From Rhynchobatus australiae (Eukaryota), in contig JAUZTB010000064.1 of NCBI GenBank assembly GCA_034780895.1, positions 114,965,116 to 115,029,115 of the forward strand: a stretch of 64,000 bases of DNA, written 5' to 3'. Both the position numbers and the translations under genes were made by a program. This document shows, piece by piece, positions 51,990 to 64,000 of this stretch. The notes under the pieces are model-generated. The model was not told the DNA's origin. It searched no databases and worked only from the letters and a program-made list of their open reading frames with translations. Positions within the stretch are counted from its first letter, which is position 1. Every line of letters begins with the position of its first letter.

Positions 51990-53405
51990 AACTACTATAT
52001 TTACTCTAAGATGGCATGAGTCTATAGTGGAGCCAGTCTCAGTGAAGACTGGTGTCAAACAAGGCTGCATCATTGCCCCAATGTCTTCTCAGTTTTTTCA
52101 TTGCAATGCTGTACCAAGCCTTCAACAGACATCCTGGAGTGAAGTTAATCCTCTGAACAAATGGGAAACTGCTCAACCTAAGGCAACTTCACTCTAGAAC
52201 CAAGGTCAGCTGAGTCTCAGCAGTTGAGCTGCAATACTCAGATGACACTTGTGTTCGCGAGTGCTCACAGGCTGAGCTCCAAGATATCATCAATTTGTTC
52301 AGTGAAGCATATGAGGGACGGGCCTTATACTGAGATTCTGCAATACCTGTACCGATCTGCCCCCTGCTGCACCACTTGCCCTCTGACAGAAAAGGTGCAT
52401 GATCAGTCTAGAAAACATTCATGAAGCCTTTGGTTAATAGAGGAAAAGAGCATTTGAAGAACAAGACCTCAGACTTGGCACAAAATCCATGCTGTACTAG
52501 ACAGTAGTAATCCATGCCCTCCTACATGCATCTGAGATCAGGACTACCTACAACAGGCATCTCAAGCCACTGGATAAAATCCACCAAGGCTACCTCTGCA
52601 AAATGCTCCAAATTGACTGCAAGGATAAGTTAACTAATGTCACATCCTCCCCAGGCATCGAGGCCCCAGTTATACTCAATCAGTTTGGGCAACACATTGG
52701 CACAACTAGAAGAGCTGCTGCCTCAGAGTTTCAGCAACCCAGGTTTGATCCTGACCTCAGGTGCTGTCTGGGTGGAATTTGTCTGTTCTCCCCATGACTG
52801 TGTGGGTTTCCCCCGGGTGCTCCAGCTTCCTCTCACATCCCAAAAATGTGCAGGTTCATAGGTTAATTGGCCACTGTAAATTGCACCTAATTTGTGGATG
52901 AGCAATATAATCTGAAGGGAGTTGATGGGAATGTGAGGAGAATAAAATGGTTTAGGTCAGATTGGTGCAACAATAGGTACTTGATGATCGGCACGGACTC
53001 AGTGGGCAGTGGGGCCTATGAGTTTATGACTTTACGCCGCGCAGATCACGTCATTTGATTGCCTGACACTTGGGAGCTTAAAGCAGACACACAGTGTTCT
53101 GAACTTTGTCATGTGACGAGATTTACCAGGCAGACAGAGATAAAGATTCAGAGATGTGCTCAAAGTTTCCTTGAAGAATTGCAACATCCCCCTGATTTGT
53201 GGGAACTTCTAGCCCATGACCACTCATGGAAAAGAAGCATCAGGGGTGGTTTTGAGAACCTCAAGGTAGTGCATTAGGAGCACACAGAAACCCTGTGCAT
53301 GCAGGGGAGGAAATGCACCACCTAACAAAGTACCCACCCGTACTGTCCCATCACCCACCTCTGCTTCGTCTGTGGAAAGGTCTGCAGGTTCCACATCGGC
53401 CTCAG
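51990..53405 (+). mobile_element. RTE LINE RT to 3' end, interrupted by a SINE
   Basis: VKTGVKQGCIIAP at ~52042, ELQYSDDT, FEEQDLRLGTK and IEAPVILNQ, then after the SINE DHVI*LPD and a terminal CxxCGK..HIGL zinc-finger-like remnant at ~53360-53403. Confidence 0.85.
52687..53035 (+). mobile_element. HE1-like V-SINE nested in RTE
   Basis: B-box ggtttgatcc (~52742), V domain gtgggtttccccgggtgctccagcttcct, ggttaattggccactgtaaattg, and a CR1-type tail ggcacggactcagtgggc..tatgac. Confidence 0.85.
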
Positions 53406-53802
53406 CTACCTGTACTAACCAGACATTTTGGTTTGGAATTAACTTGCTCCAAAAATTAAACCCATTTTATGTGCACTTAGCCAGCAACAACTTCAGCTGA
53501 ATTTTTTAAGAATATTATTCACATATACCCAAACATAAAATCAGTGTCAAACAAACATTTTGTTCAAATCTGCATTAATTCAAGTTCAAAGTTAACCATT
53601 ACTATATCAATGGATATGGAAAAAAGAGAAAAATGCTAAGTGATGTCTTGTGTGCTCCTAATGCACTACCTTGAGGTTCTCAATACCACCCCCTCATAAA
53701 AAGCTAACTTTGGGCAAATGCTTGATTTGTTTTTGAATTGTTGATCTGTTACTAAAGGAGGGAATAGTTCAATCAATTGCACTGGTTATTTTGTTGTTTC
53801 AG

Positions 53803-54110
53803 GTGTCTTTGGGAAGCACTGTGAACTGAACAGTTACGGCTTTGAAGAACTGTCATACATGGAGTTTCCTAGTCTGGATCCCAACAATAATTACATCTAT
53901 ATCAAATTTTCCACCATTAAGGAAAACTCTCTATTAATGTATAATTATGACAATCAGACAGGAAACAAGGCTGAGTTCCTCGCTCTGGAAATAGTGGAAG
54001 GCAAGATGAAATTCTCCTTCAACCTTGGAAGTGGAGCACACAGACTGATGACAACCAAGAGGGTCTCTGACGGACAGTTTCACACTGTGGTTGCTAGAAG
54101 GGCTGGACTA
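53803..54110 (+). CDS. FAT4: FAT4 internal exon (308 nt), end of EGF and start of laminin-G domain 1
   Basis: Acceptor ttgtttcag ends at 53802; donor gtaagt at 54111. Translates (G)VFGKHCELNSYGFEELSYMEFPSLDPNNNYIYIKFSTIKENSLLMYNYDNQTGNKAEFLALEIVEGKMKFSFNLGSGAHRLMTTKRVSDGQFHTVVARRAGL. Confidence 0.97.
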
Positions 54111-55389
54111 GTAAGTAACAAATTCCCTGTACCTGATCTCATAGTGACTCCTGTGGTTCAATTTGTTCTGAGTGGACAAAATGTATATGAAATGAAAGGT
54201 ATTTTAACCTACTTTAGAGAATGCAGTTTACACATTGAACACTCTTGGAACTCAGGTGTGCTACCATTACTGCATCCCTCTGGGATGAACTTGCCAACTT
54301 CTTCCATTTAATGTTTAGCTGAGTCTCCCATTAAAATAATTATTGGACATTGCTCAGTCTCAGTGCAATGGTACATGCACAGACTGAAGTGCCAGTACAC
54401 CTAAGTGATTAAAAAGATCAATGTATTTGTTAAGTCTTAGATGTGTATAGTGTCAGAATACAGGGAATGGAACACAAGGGTAATATATCACTGAAGATCA
54501 AGCAAGTACAGAAAATATTGTGATAGATCCATGCAATCTCCAAACCGTCGCACTTTAAGCACCTGACTTAAAGAAAAGCACTGACAAACATCATCAGTCA
54601 TATCACCCAATTTTATAGATGTATGGCACTCATTTACTTCATATATCCACATATGGTTTTGAGTGTCAATTATTTATATATCTTCCTCTGTACAAATTTC
54701 TGTCCAAGGAGGCACTACAAGTATCCAGTATACATGTTGTTGACTATAACTTTTCTCATGCCTACTGCTCTGCTCACCACTAGAATCCTTTGATTTCCAT
54801 TGGTCCCTATAAACTCCAGCTCATTATGAATGACTAATCGTACAGATTTACTGCAAACCATGATGGAAACTTGGATGGTTTTCTTCTTTGCCCCACCCAA
54901 GATACAGGGCATACTCAGCACTATACACAGTATCCTTAAAAAGAAAATACATGCAGTGTTCTTTAAAGGGAAATGCAATAACGTAGCATAACAATAACAT
55001 AACAACGTAATAACACTATCATGCCTTACACCAACTTTGTGGAAAAATTGAACAAGATATGAAATTAGAAGTAATATGTTAATTGATAACAAACAAATAA
55101 CGATCAAAAGAAAAATCTGAACCTAGGCTTTGTGAATTAACTTGTATTATAGTTATGTATAATATAATAGGAATAACTCAAAATGTCTAACTGGCCTCTA
55201 GAAATTAAGCTGCAGAGCCCACAGGCTAATATTAACAAGTGTGCATTATGCTATAAACAGCTCTATTTTAAACTAACTCTAGCAGTGGATCTTTTATTTG
55301 AGAATTATTTTAACATTGGCAAAGAAGTACTCATCTCTGAGTCAATGAAATGTAAGATCAGACAGGATTTGTGCACAAAATTTAGGCAA

Positions 55390-55612
55390 ATGCTTCAATG
55401 CACCACTGAGCAGCTGCTTCATTATTGGAATGTATATCAGAGAGATGTTAAAGCAAAGACTGCGTGTTCAGATGTGTCTAGAAATGAGACGGCATTATCT
55501 GAAGAAAAGCAGCTTTTTCTGTTATTCCAACCAAAACACCATTCTCTGACATCAGTGGTCCTTCATCACATTATTGTTTGTAAGCTTGCTGTCCATAAGA
55601 TTGCAGCCATTG
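55390..55612 (+). mobile_element. DeuSINE fragment
   Basis: gagatgttaaagc..ggcattatctgaagaaaagcag..catcacattattgtttgtaagcttgctgt aligns with 28870-29115. Confidence 0.55.
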
Positions 55613-55799
55613 CTAGGTTTTGTCCTTAAGGGCAGGGCAAGAGAACTACTCAAGAGTTTGTAGAGTCACAGTGAGGATATTTCATTTGCATGCATCATAT
55701 GAGACAAAGCCCTAAACTGGATGCATTTTTGGATTGACCTGTCCATTGTCTATGCAATCTTTACCCTCCATCCTTAACCTGATCAGCCATCCTTACTCC

Positions 55800-55916
55800 G
55801 CTGGTAAATGATAGAATCTGGAGAGAATAAAATGGAATAGTAGTATTAGTGAGTTCTTGGATGGTCAACTCAGACTCTGTGGGACAAAAGGCCTGTTTCC
55901 ATGTGTATGACTATAA
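55800..55916 (+). mobile_element. HE1-like SINE/CR1 3' tail fragment
   Basis: ggagagaataaaatgg..gactctgtgggacaaaaggcctgtttccatgtgtatgact matches the tail of 52687-53035. Confidence 0.65.
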
Positions 55917-57805
55917 CATAGCGCTATTTAAACTCCAATTTTTAAACTTTAGATTCTAAACTTCGTGTTTAAACCACATACTCCAGGGAGCTTTCTAACT
56001 CAAAACTCTGGCAACAGTACTTGGAAATTAATTCCAATATTACAGTGATTAAGTTCTTCAAAGATCAGGATTAATAGTGGAGGGATAATATGTGTGCTTA
56101 GAGCAAGCCCTCCATACAGTACAGCTGCAGATTCTGAAGCCCATGTTCTGAGTAGCACAGATTCCTGCAAATGGTAAAAATATAGGTGGTCTGATTTGTA
56201 ACTTTACGCAGACGACACAGCAATTAGTGGAGTCATCAATTGTAAGAAAGGTCGGTTCCCTGTTAATTTTTCAATGGTTAGGCTTCAGTTAATCTTCTTG
56301 AGATATTTTTCAACATTAAAGGTGTAATATGAATCAAATCATTACTGTATTCCAAATGTCCCTTTGATAAAGTACTTAAAATAAATTAGGAATGATCAGC
56401 CTACCTGCCTTTTCCCCATTTTCACTCCCATTCTTTATTTGTTCTGTTACTTTTTAGCTTTATCTTCTCTCCCAATCTGATTTATGTGATTGTATTTAAT
56501 TTAAATGTTTGTACCTAAATTATTGTGCCTAACATACACATTTTTTTGGCTCATTCATCAGAACCTCCATTTACCTCATTGCCTATAGTAACTGGAAGGG
56601 TAAACATTGTTTAACAATGCAAATAGAAAACAAGGTGACAATAACCACTTTCACAGGACAACAATCAGATTGGCTGCCTAAGTGTTAAGTGTCTTATATC
56701 TGCTAATGAGAAGGATAACTGAAGGTTTAGGGTTGCTCTAAGATATGTGAATAACTGCCAGGCCTCCATTGCTGTAGGGATTTTGGTGAGGAACCAGCAG
56801 TCAACTATGAGGTAATTTTTAATATTTAATGTTCAGACTTCATTTAGTTCCAGGATAATTAAGAGTGCTACAAGCAGATCTACAGCACCCCTGCCAACTA
56901 GGCTGCTTTTCCTTGAGCCATTTTTCTATGTTAAAGAGGTTTTCATCTCTGAGGTGCGTTATACACAATTGTTTTTTTGCCAGATTGCATTTGGCCAGGC
57001 AAAGGATAATGTCTGAAGTGCTGCAGAATAGATGCACTTTTAGTGGTCTTAGGAGATAACTTCCTGAATCCCTCAATGCTATTTTTGAAGCGGTTTTGAA
57101 AGAGCCATTTGGTTAGGTTAATCAGCCATGTGTGTCTTCAAGTGTGCAGACATGTAGGAAATATATTGCCCAGATGTCACACCGTTTATAGTAAAAACCA
57201 CAGACTTTCAATGCTTTCATATGGGAATTTTCATGGAAAGCTGGGAAAAGCATTAAACTGTCAATTTTGAAAAATGACTGAGTTAAAGCATACCAAGGCA
57301 TCAAAAGAGCAGAGGCAAAGAGGCTGCATGGCCTACTGTGTTCAGATCCCACCACAGCAAGCAAAGCTACAGTACAGAGTAAGTGAAACTGTGACCACAG
57401 GTAAATTCTTTCACAGGTAGATCTCAATAAGATAATCCAAACATCGAGATAAACTGTCTACGTTAGGGGTAATTCAGAAATTGCATCAAAAATGCACTCA
57501 AAGTTGCATTGGTTAGGTTGAAATCATTTTCTTTATGACGTGAAATCCCATGAACTATCTGATACTCTTTTCACTTAAAAGGTACTTGTTAATACATTTA
57601 AGAAAAATGAACTGGTCCATCTTTATCAATACAGCTGAAGACTGGTTTGTCACAAAAAAAGTGTTTTAATGGGTAGTCTAATTTAAAGTTGAATTTAAAA
57701 TAGTGAAAATTAAACAATTTTGAATAATTTAGTAATTTAATTGATATATTCTGGTCAGTTTCAGAGTATTTTCTTTATTGTGAGAACAATTTAGTGTGCC
57801 TTCTC

Positions 57806-57899
57806 ATGCCTGTGCCCATAATAAAACTTAAAATTGTACCTACTAGTGTCTATGCCCATAAGAAAACTTTAAACTTTGCCCACTTAATGCCTGTGCCCA
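57806..57899. repeat. Degenerate ~40-bp minisatellite, ~2.3 units
   Basis: atgcctgtgcccataataaaactt / gtgtctatgcccataagaaaactt / atgcctgtgccca. Confidence 0.75.
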
Positions 57900-60800
57900 G
57901 ATGAAGATCAATGCAATGTAAAGAGCCTCACGAATCAGTGATATGGTAGAATCAGCCATGTTGACCCTGGAGGCATCTCCATTTTATGGGTGGCACCTGT
58001 GCCAACGATTTGAATCTTAAACCAACTAAAACAGTAGTAGAAGACAAAAATGTGGATATTTTTGGGTGTAAGTTATACTGAAAATCCCCTGATATTTTGT
58101 GCCAGTTCAGTCGATTCCACTACTACTACTGACATACGTAAGTGGAAACTTGACCCCACTGTGCTGAGTACTGCCTCATTCAGTATTATTCTCCATTCTG
58201 CTGTTAGGGTCCTTCTGTGGGATGCCATAAATTATATGCTAATAACTGTGTTTACAAAATTAAGTAACTATGCCATGTTTTATATGCTAGCTCTCAGTAT
58301 GCTTAGTTGCACCGCTGTTGGAAAACATCCCTAACTGCCCAAGACACCAAATGTCTGTTTTTGTTGTTGGGTGCTTAAATTTTGCATTTTTGTTTAAAAT
58401 TCAACTCTTATTCTGGTACACGTTGTTTTAAATTGAAACTTGAGATTTGTATATACTCATTGGGCACATTGCAGTTGATCTGACCTGCCACCTACGCTCA
58501 TCCTATACTTTAGCCCATGGTCCATGTTAATCTTTTACACTTGTGCAGCTGCAAGTGACCTCAACGTCTCCATTCACAATCGTCTTGCAAACTGATTGGG
58601 TTGTGAGTGATAACAAGGCCTTCAGATTGTGTATCCAGGAGTTGTTCCCGCAGCACCGCCACAGATAGTTCGTGCTATCAAAGTTTTGTTTCACTCTTTT
58701 TAGATGCCTCTGTTAACCAGAGGTTTTAAAACAGTAGAAATCAATTTAAATGATTGAAATTGAAAGAAAAGAAAACTGCAAAATTTAAAAACAAACACCA
58801 CTGTTATTATGCTTTTAATTAAGAGAAGTAAAGAAAAATAAGCAAAAATAGCTAAACTTATCTTTCTAATGAAGGTCAGAAACTCCACTCAACATGGGGT
58901 CACACTTGTTTCACTGTGGCTGATATAATATTGAGGGGCGAGATTTGAGGTGCATCAGACTCCTTTTTCAGTAAACACACAGAATCCCTGACTAACCATC
59001 ACCATGTTCAGTAGACTGAGATTCTAGGATCATAATGTATATTGTTTGATTTTTGTGTTTGTTCAAGGACACTTTAAGGTACAAAGTAGTCAGCCATCAC
59101 CTCATATCAGCAAGTTGTTACATAATCATGAGAATATCAGTTGCAAATCTTGGGCGGGCCAAATGCATTTCTACATGCCACAGAAAATGTATTTGAAACA
59201 CTGAAAATAGGATTAGCTACAATGGATTAACATACCATCTTTTCACTTTTGCCATCTGAGTTGTGTGTAACTCTGCAAGGTGGAATGAAAAATCTCCACC
59301 TAAAGTAGTCACTTCAGTAGTAAAGAGGAAAGTCTGATGGGACGTTCCTTTATATTCCCTTGAGTTCCTTGCAGGATGCAGTTGCCACTTGAATGAATTA
59401 CTTAACAGTTTAGAGAAGCTGTGAAATAAAACACCAATTTGCAAGTAGCACAGCTGTGTTTATTTCTCTTGCTCCAACTACTTCTTTTTCTTCTTTTCAT
59501 TTTGTTTGTGATTGGTGACTTCATTGCCATGAGCAAATCACTCCATCCAAAACAAATGCACATGCAAATGCAATGTTTTCTTTTAGGTTGACAAGAGACG
59601 TGGTTATTTTATTAATTCACCAAAATCCCACTCTCAGGCAGCACACCATTTGAAGATTATTTTGTTGCATGGATTCCACCATTCTTTTCTATTACATGTT
59701 GATTTCAATATTAAATTTAGATAACAAAGATTGCTGAGAGCATAAAGAAATATGAAATGATATGTAAGAAAGATAAATGATATGTGGCGCTTACAATAAA
59801 ATGCTTTAATGATAATTAGCATTACAAAATTATATCATCCACAAAAATTCAAATTATATTTAACGGGCTGTCTAATTATGAAAAATATCGAAAACAGCAG
59901 ATGTCTGGACTTTGAGTGTAGCTTGAGGTTTTTACATCCATGTTTGAAATAAAATTCAAATTCCCCAAAGAATCGTGTCAGGATTTAGACTGATTATCGT
60001 GCAGTTTTAAACATATTCCTTCTAACCACTGTCAAGTTTGTAAATGTCCAGCATTAGTCTTTGCCTTCACTTCACCATTTTATAATATATTGTATAATAT
60101 AACCAAGCCGCTGATAACATCCGACAATGCAATTGAATGTACAAAATATTTGTAACCCTGAATCTGCCACATAAATCTTAGGAACATCCCACATAACAAA
60201 CATAAACAAAAAGTGAAGGGGCTGCATAAGAAATAAATTAAGCAGTGGCTGTATATTGAGAGGCATACAAATGCAAATAAGCATATATGTAATTTAAATG
60301 GTTATAAAATGAAATTCCCATCATGGTACAATTCATAATAAATCCTTTAATAAAATAGCTGTCAAAGATAGAGTGAACATATTTGCACATACCAATTTGT
60401 GAAGGAAAAAAAGATATTTAAAGATATTTATTCTAATAAACATCGACCTAGTTCATACATTTAAAAGGGACCTGGATCAATTCATAAGTCAATGATATGG
60501 GTGTGGGGTGGGAAAAAGAAAAGATTGTAAAAACATGCGAGCCAGATGACAAGCTGAACTAAACAGTCTTATTTCATCTTGACTTGCTTNNNNNNNNNNN
60601 NNNNNNNNNNNNNNNNNNNNNNNNNNNNNNNNNNNNNNNNNNNNNNNNNNNNNNNNNNNNNNNNNNNNNNNNNNNNNNNNNNNNNNNNNNNNNNNNNNNN
60701 NNNNNNNNNNNNNNNNNNNNNNNNNNNNNNNNNNNNNNNNNNNNNNNNNNNNNNNNNNNNNNNNNNNNNNNNNNNNNNNNNNNNNNNNNNNNNNNNNNNN

Positions 60801-61789
60801 NNNNNNNNNNNNNNNNNNNNNNNNNNNNNNNNNNNNNNNNNNNNNNNNNNNNNNNNNNNNNNNNNNNNNNNNNNNNNNNNNNNNNNNNNNNNNNNNNNNN
60901 NNNNNNNNNNNNNNNNNNNNNNNNNNNNNNNNNNNNNNNNNNNNNNNNNNNNNNNNNNNNNNNNNNNNNNNAATTCAGGTTGTAAAATTATTACAATGAT
61001 AAAATGTCATTTATTTAGTATGCAGGCTTGTGTGAACTAACAAAATATGTCAGCACATAGAATGTAATGGGAAATATATTGTAATAACTGCATGGACAGC
61101 TTGTGCAGTTTTCTATGATAAGTGCTGAGAGACATAAGTTTAGGCATTGAAAATTCTTGAGATCTATTTATAACATAAAACTGTCATGTAATAGTTTTTA
61201 TTGTTTACACAATTCTTTAAATTATGAACAAGCACAACAAATGGCCTCAATATTTGACCAGATAATATAAATTAAATCTGTAGCACACACTATGAGATTT
61301 ATTAGAATAGGATACATTGATTAGTTTGAGTCAAATTATCCTTTCTCTTTATAGAGTGAATCTGAAATTTGCAATGCATAGAATAAATTTTATTTTCAAA
61401 CAATGAGGCATTTATTAGAAGAAAAACTTCTATCTCTTTTTCTCACTTAATGATATAACATTAATATAGTTACAACACACAATCTCATCTTCACTAATTA
61501 AGCTACAAAGTTGACCAGTACATGTCTCAAAAAGCAATTTATATTTAACAGTGAGACAGTTGAAATAACAAAACCTACTGTTTTCAGAGGTATTACATAT
61601 ACTGCAGTGTAAGATAATAAATATAATTACTACATATATTTCATTTGGGGATATTAAGAAACTGCTCAAATTATACTTTTACTGTGCAATATGAACAATT
61701 TGTTACAATCCCTCTTGCCATTCATTATTTTACAAGTAATATAGAGATGCATTATTTTCAAAATGCACAATATGTTTTATAAAGGCTGT

Positions 61790-62425
61790 AAGAGCATAAA
61801 AACTGGAGGGGAAGTGGGTCATATGGACTCTCAAGCCATTCAGTGAAGTCACAATTGACGAATTTTACTTTACTGTCCTATTCCTAATATGCCTCAGCCC
61901 AAAAACACAATACCTCAGGCTCTGGGTCTTGAGAAAGTGCTGGTAATAGCCAGCAGGTTAGGCAGCATATGTGGAAAGTGATAACTTTTCCTTCTCATTG
62001 TGTCTGTCTTGAATATATTCAGCAACTAAGCATAAAGTCCCTTTCAAGATAATTCCAAAGATTCATAACACTTTCAGCAATGAAGTATCTCCTATCTCCT
62101 CATCTCAGTACAAAATGGCTAACCCTTAACCTGGTTATGTTCCCTAATGCTAGATTCTTCAGCCAGGGAAAACATAGTCTCACATGTACACTATCAAGCC
62201 TTCTAAAAATTTTATAGGTTCCAGTGAGATCACTTTTCATTCTTTGGAGTTCCAGAAAATACAGATATATCCCTCTCAGTTTCTCATCCAACAGCACTGT
62301 CATCCTAGCAATCAGTCCAGTAAATCTAGGTTACATCTCCTAAAGGCAAGTATATCCTTTCATGGGTAAAGAGCCCAAAGGTATATTCTCACCAAAAGCC
62401 CGGCATAATTTCAGCAGGACTTGCA
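61790..62425 (-). mobile_element. CR1 LINE 3' fragment
   Basis: ORF 62100..62303(-) contains LELQRMKSDLTGTYKIFRRLDSV, matching the CR1 LRGDLIExYKI block. Confidence 0.7.
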
Positions 62426-63010
62426 AAAAAAGTAACCCACTATTTGCCTTCAAAAGTGTTCCCTGTATAAATTGCGTTTCATTNNNNNNNNNNNNNNNNN
62501 NNNNNNNNNNNNNNNNNNNNNNNNNNNNNNNNNNNNNNNNNNNNNNNNNNNNNNNNNNNNNNNNNNNNNNNNNNNNNNNNNNNNNNNNNNNNNNNNNNNN
62601 NNNNNNNNNNNNNNNNNNNNNNNNNNNNNNNNNNNNNNNNNNNNNNNNNNNNNNNNNNNNNNNNNNNNNNNNNNNNNNNNNNNNNNNNNNNNNNNNNNNN
62701 NNNNNNNNNNNNNNNNNNNNNNNNNNNNNNNNNNNNNNNNNNNNNNNNNNNNNNNNNNNNNNNNNNNNNNNNNNNNNNNNNNNNNNNNNNNNNNNNNNNN
62801 NNNNNNNNNNNNNNNNNNNNNNNNNNNNNNNNNNNNNNNNNNNNNNNATTGTTTCATATCTTCAGTGCACAGTTAATTAGACGAGAACTGATAGCAGTTT
62901 AGGCATTTTGTTTTGCAAGCATTGCTACTTTAACAAGGCTGTTATGGGGAATGGTTCACAATATTGTCAAGTTAAATGAAACTGAACTTCATTGCATTTC
63001 TCTTGACCAG

Positions 63011-63096
63011 GTGGCATCTCTTACTGTGGACTCATGTTCTGAAGATCAGGAAGCTGGTTATTGCACAGCTACCAGTTTGACATCAGCAAGTGATTG
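63011..63096 (+). CDS. FAT4: FAT4 internal exon (86 nt), laminin-G domain 1 continued
   Basis: Acceptor tcttgaccag ends at 63010; donor gtaaga at 63097. Translates VASLTVDSCSEDQEAGYCTATSLTSASD(W). Its phase-0 start matches the previous exon. Confidence 0.94.
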
Positions 63097-63263
63097 GTAA
63101 GAATGCCTCTTTTAATCTTATATAATTCTGGAAGGTTTGTTGGGAGCTTGGAAGTGAGTAACCAACCTTCCAGGATAAGGTTGAAGATATGGAGGCCCTA
63201 TCTGAAGAAAAGGGCCTTATTTAAATAAATATTTGGAGAGTTCCTTCTGAATCATGACGAGAT

Positions 63264-63345
63264 AGAGGCAGTCACCAGATTACGTAAAGGTTCCATTCCT
63301 GAGAACGGTCCGTAAACTTGTTTGTCCGTAAGTCCGAAACAAACA
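63264..63345 (+). mobile_element. Probable Tigger/pogo-like DNA transposon left terminus
   Basis: TA followed by gaggcagtcaccagattacgtaaaggttccattcctgagaacggtccgtaa..cgtaagtccgaa resembles Tigger-type TIR and subterminal sequence. No partner end is seen in the window. Confidence 0.45.
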
Positions 63346-64000
63346 ATTTCAATGATGGTCAATTAACATGAACACTTATTTATTTTCTTCCCCTGTGTAG
63401 TTACAATGATACAGAATCAGAATGCCCCACATCCAATGACTAGCTTTGATGGCCTTAAAACATCAATAGATGTTACATTGTTTGATAAACTATTTTACAA
63501 ATGTCAATAGAAGAAATGTGTCTTGTCAGTTTCCAAAGCAAGTCTCTTAAGTGGCCTCCTGTTATGAACCAGCAGCTATGTTCTTAAAGGCAATGTATCT
63601 CTTTGGTTACTTCAGGGAGGATACATGTTAACAGTCTATTTTGAAGACTGGTTGTCTTTTGAATTAGCCAACTGTTGCCCCTTTTCAATAACTACTGAAG
63701 ATGTTTGCAATTCTGTAACTAACTTTCCTGTCTTGAAAAATTCTTTAAAAACCTATGGGAGAATTTACGTGAAGTCAGATTTCCAATAGTCAGTTCNNNN
63801 NNNACCCGGGGAGCCCGTGTAGAACATAGGCATTGAATCTTGCAGCCAGAAACCCATGAGAACAGTGCTCCACAGGCAGAGGATGGAGGACCGTGCCTTG
63901 CATTGCATGGTGGGACTGTTATGCAAGATGACAGAATTTCAGGGTATTCGTGAATGATGGTAGGGTTTATGAGTGCTGGGAATTCTCCGAAGGTCAACGA

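Larger units (their letters stand above)
24101..63096 (+). other. FAT4: FAT4 gene body, partial: six internal coding exons and introns; the gene extends beyond both window edges
   Basis: Splice phases chain correctly (1/2, 2/1, 1/1, 1/1, 1/0, 0/2). The spliced peptide runs cadherin repeats, then EGF repeats, then laminin-G, and is collinear with vertebrate FAT4 as I recall it. Confidence 0.97.

Noticed and set aside
54111-54311. 67-codon extension of the laminin-G exon ORF
   Set aside because: A consensus gtaagt donor sits at 54111 and the domain continues in 63011-63096. The extension has no recognisable motif.

Overview
This is AT-rich eukaryotic vertebrate DNA, not prokaryotic. The window lies inside one large + strand gene, the atypical giant cadherin FAT4. 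Six internal coding exons have canonical AG/GT ends and splice in frame: 24101-24281, 30710-30960, 33501-37859, 43920-44024, 53803-54110 and 63011-63096. They encode the C-terminal cadherin repeats, the EGF repeats and the first laminin-G domain. The rest is intron filled with decayed transposons: Penelope-like elements (PLEs), CR1 and RTE LINEs, V-SINEs, DeuSINEs, Harbinger relics and a Tigger-like end. That repeat set points to a cartilaginous fish, probably a ray-like batoid (inference). Almost all short ORFs in the track are chance or TE debris. I found no convincing new multi-gene system. The most interesting items are a TSD-flanked, internally deleted PLE with ~210-bp inverted ends carrying hammerhead-ribozyme cores, a tandem 6-nt alternative acceptor in FAT4, a near full-length DeuSINE, nested insertions, and an unexplained diverged ~240-bp duplication with splice-like signals. 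All family assignments and human comparisons are from remembered motifs, not database searches, and TE boundaries are approximate.
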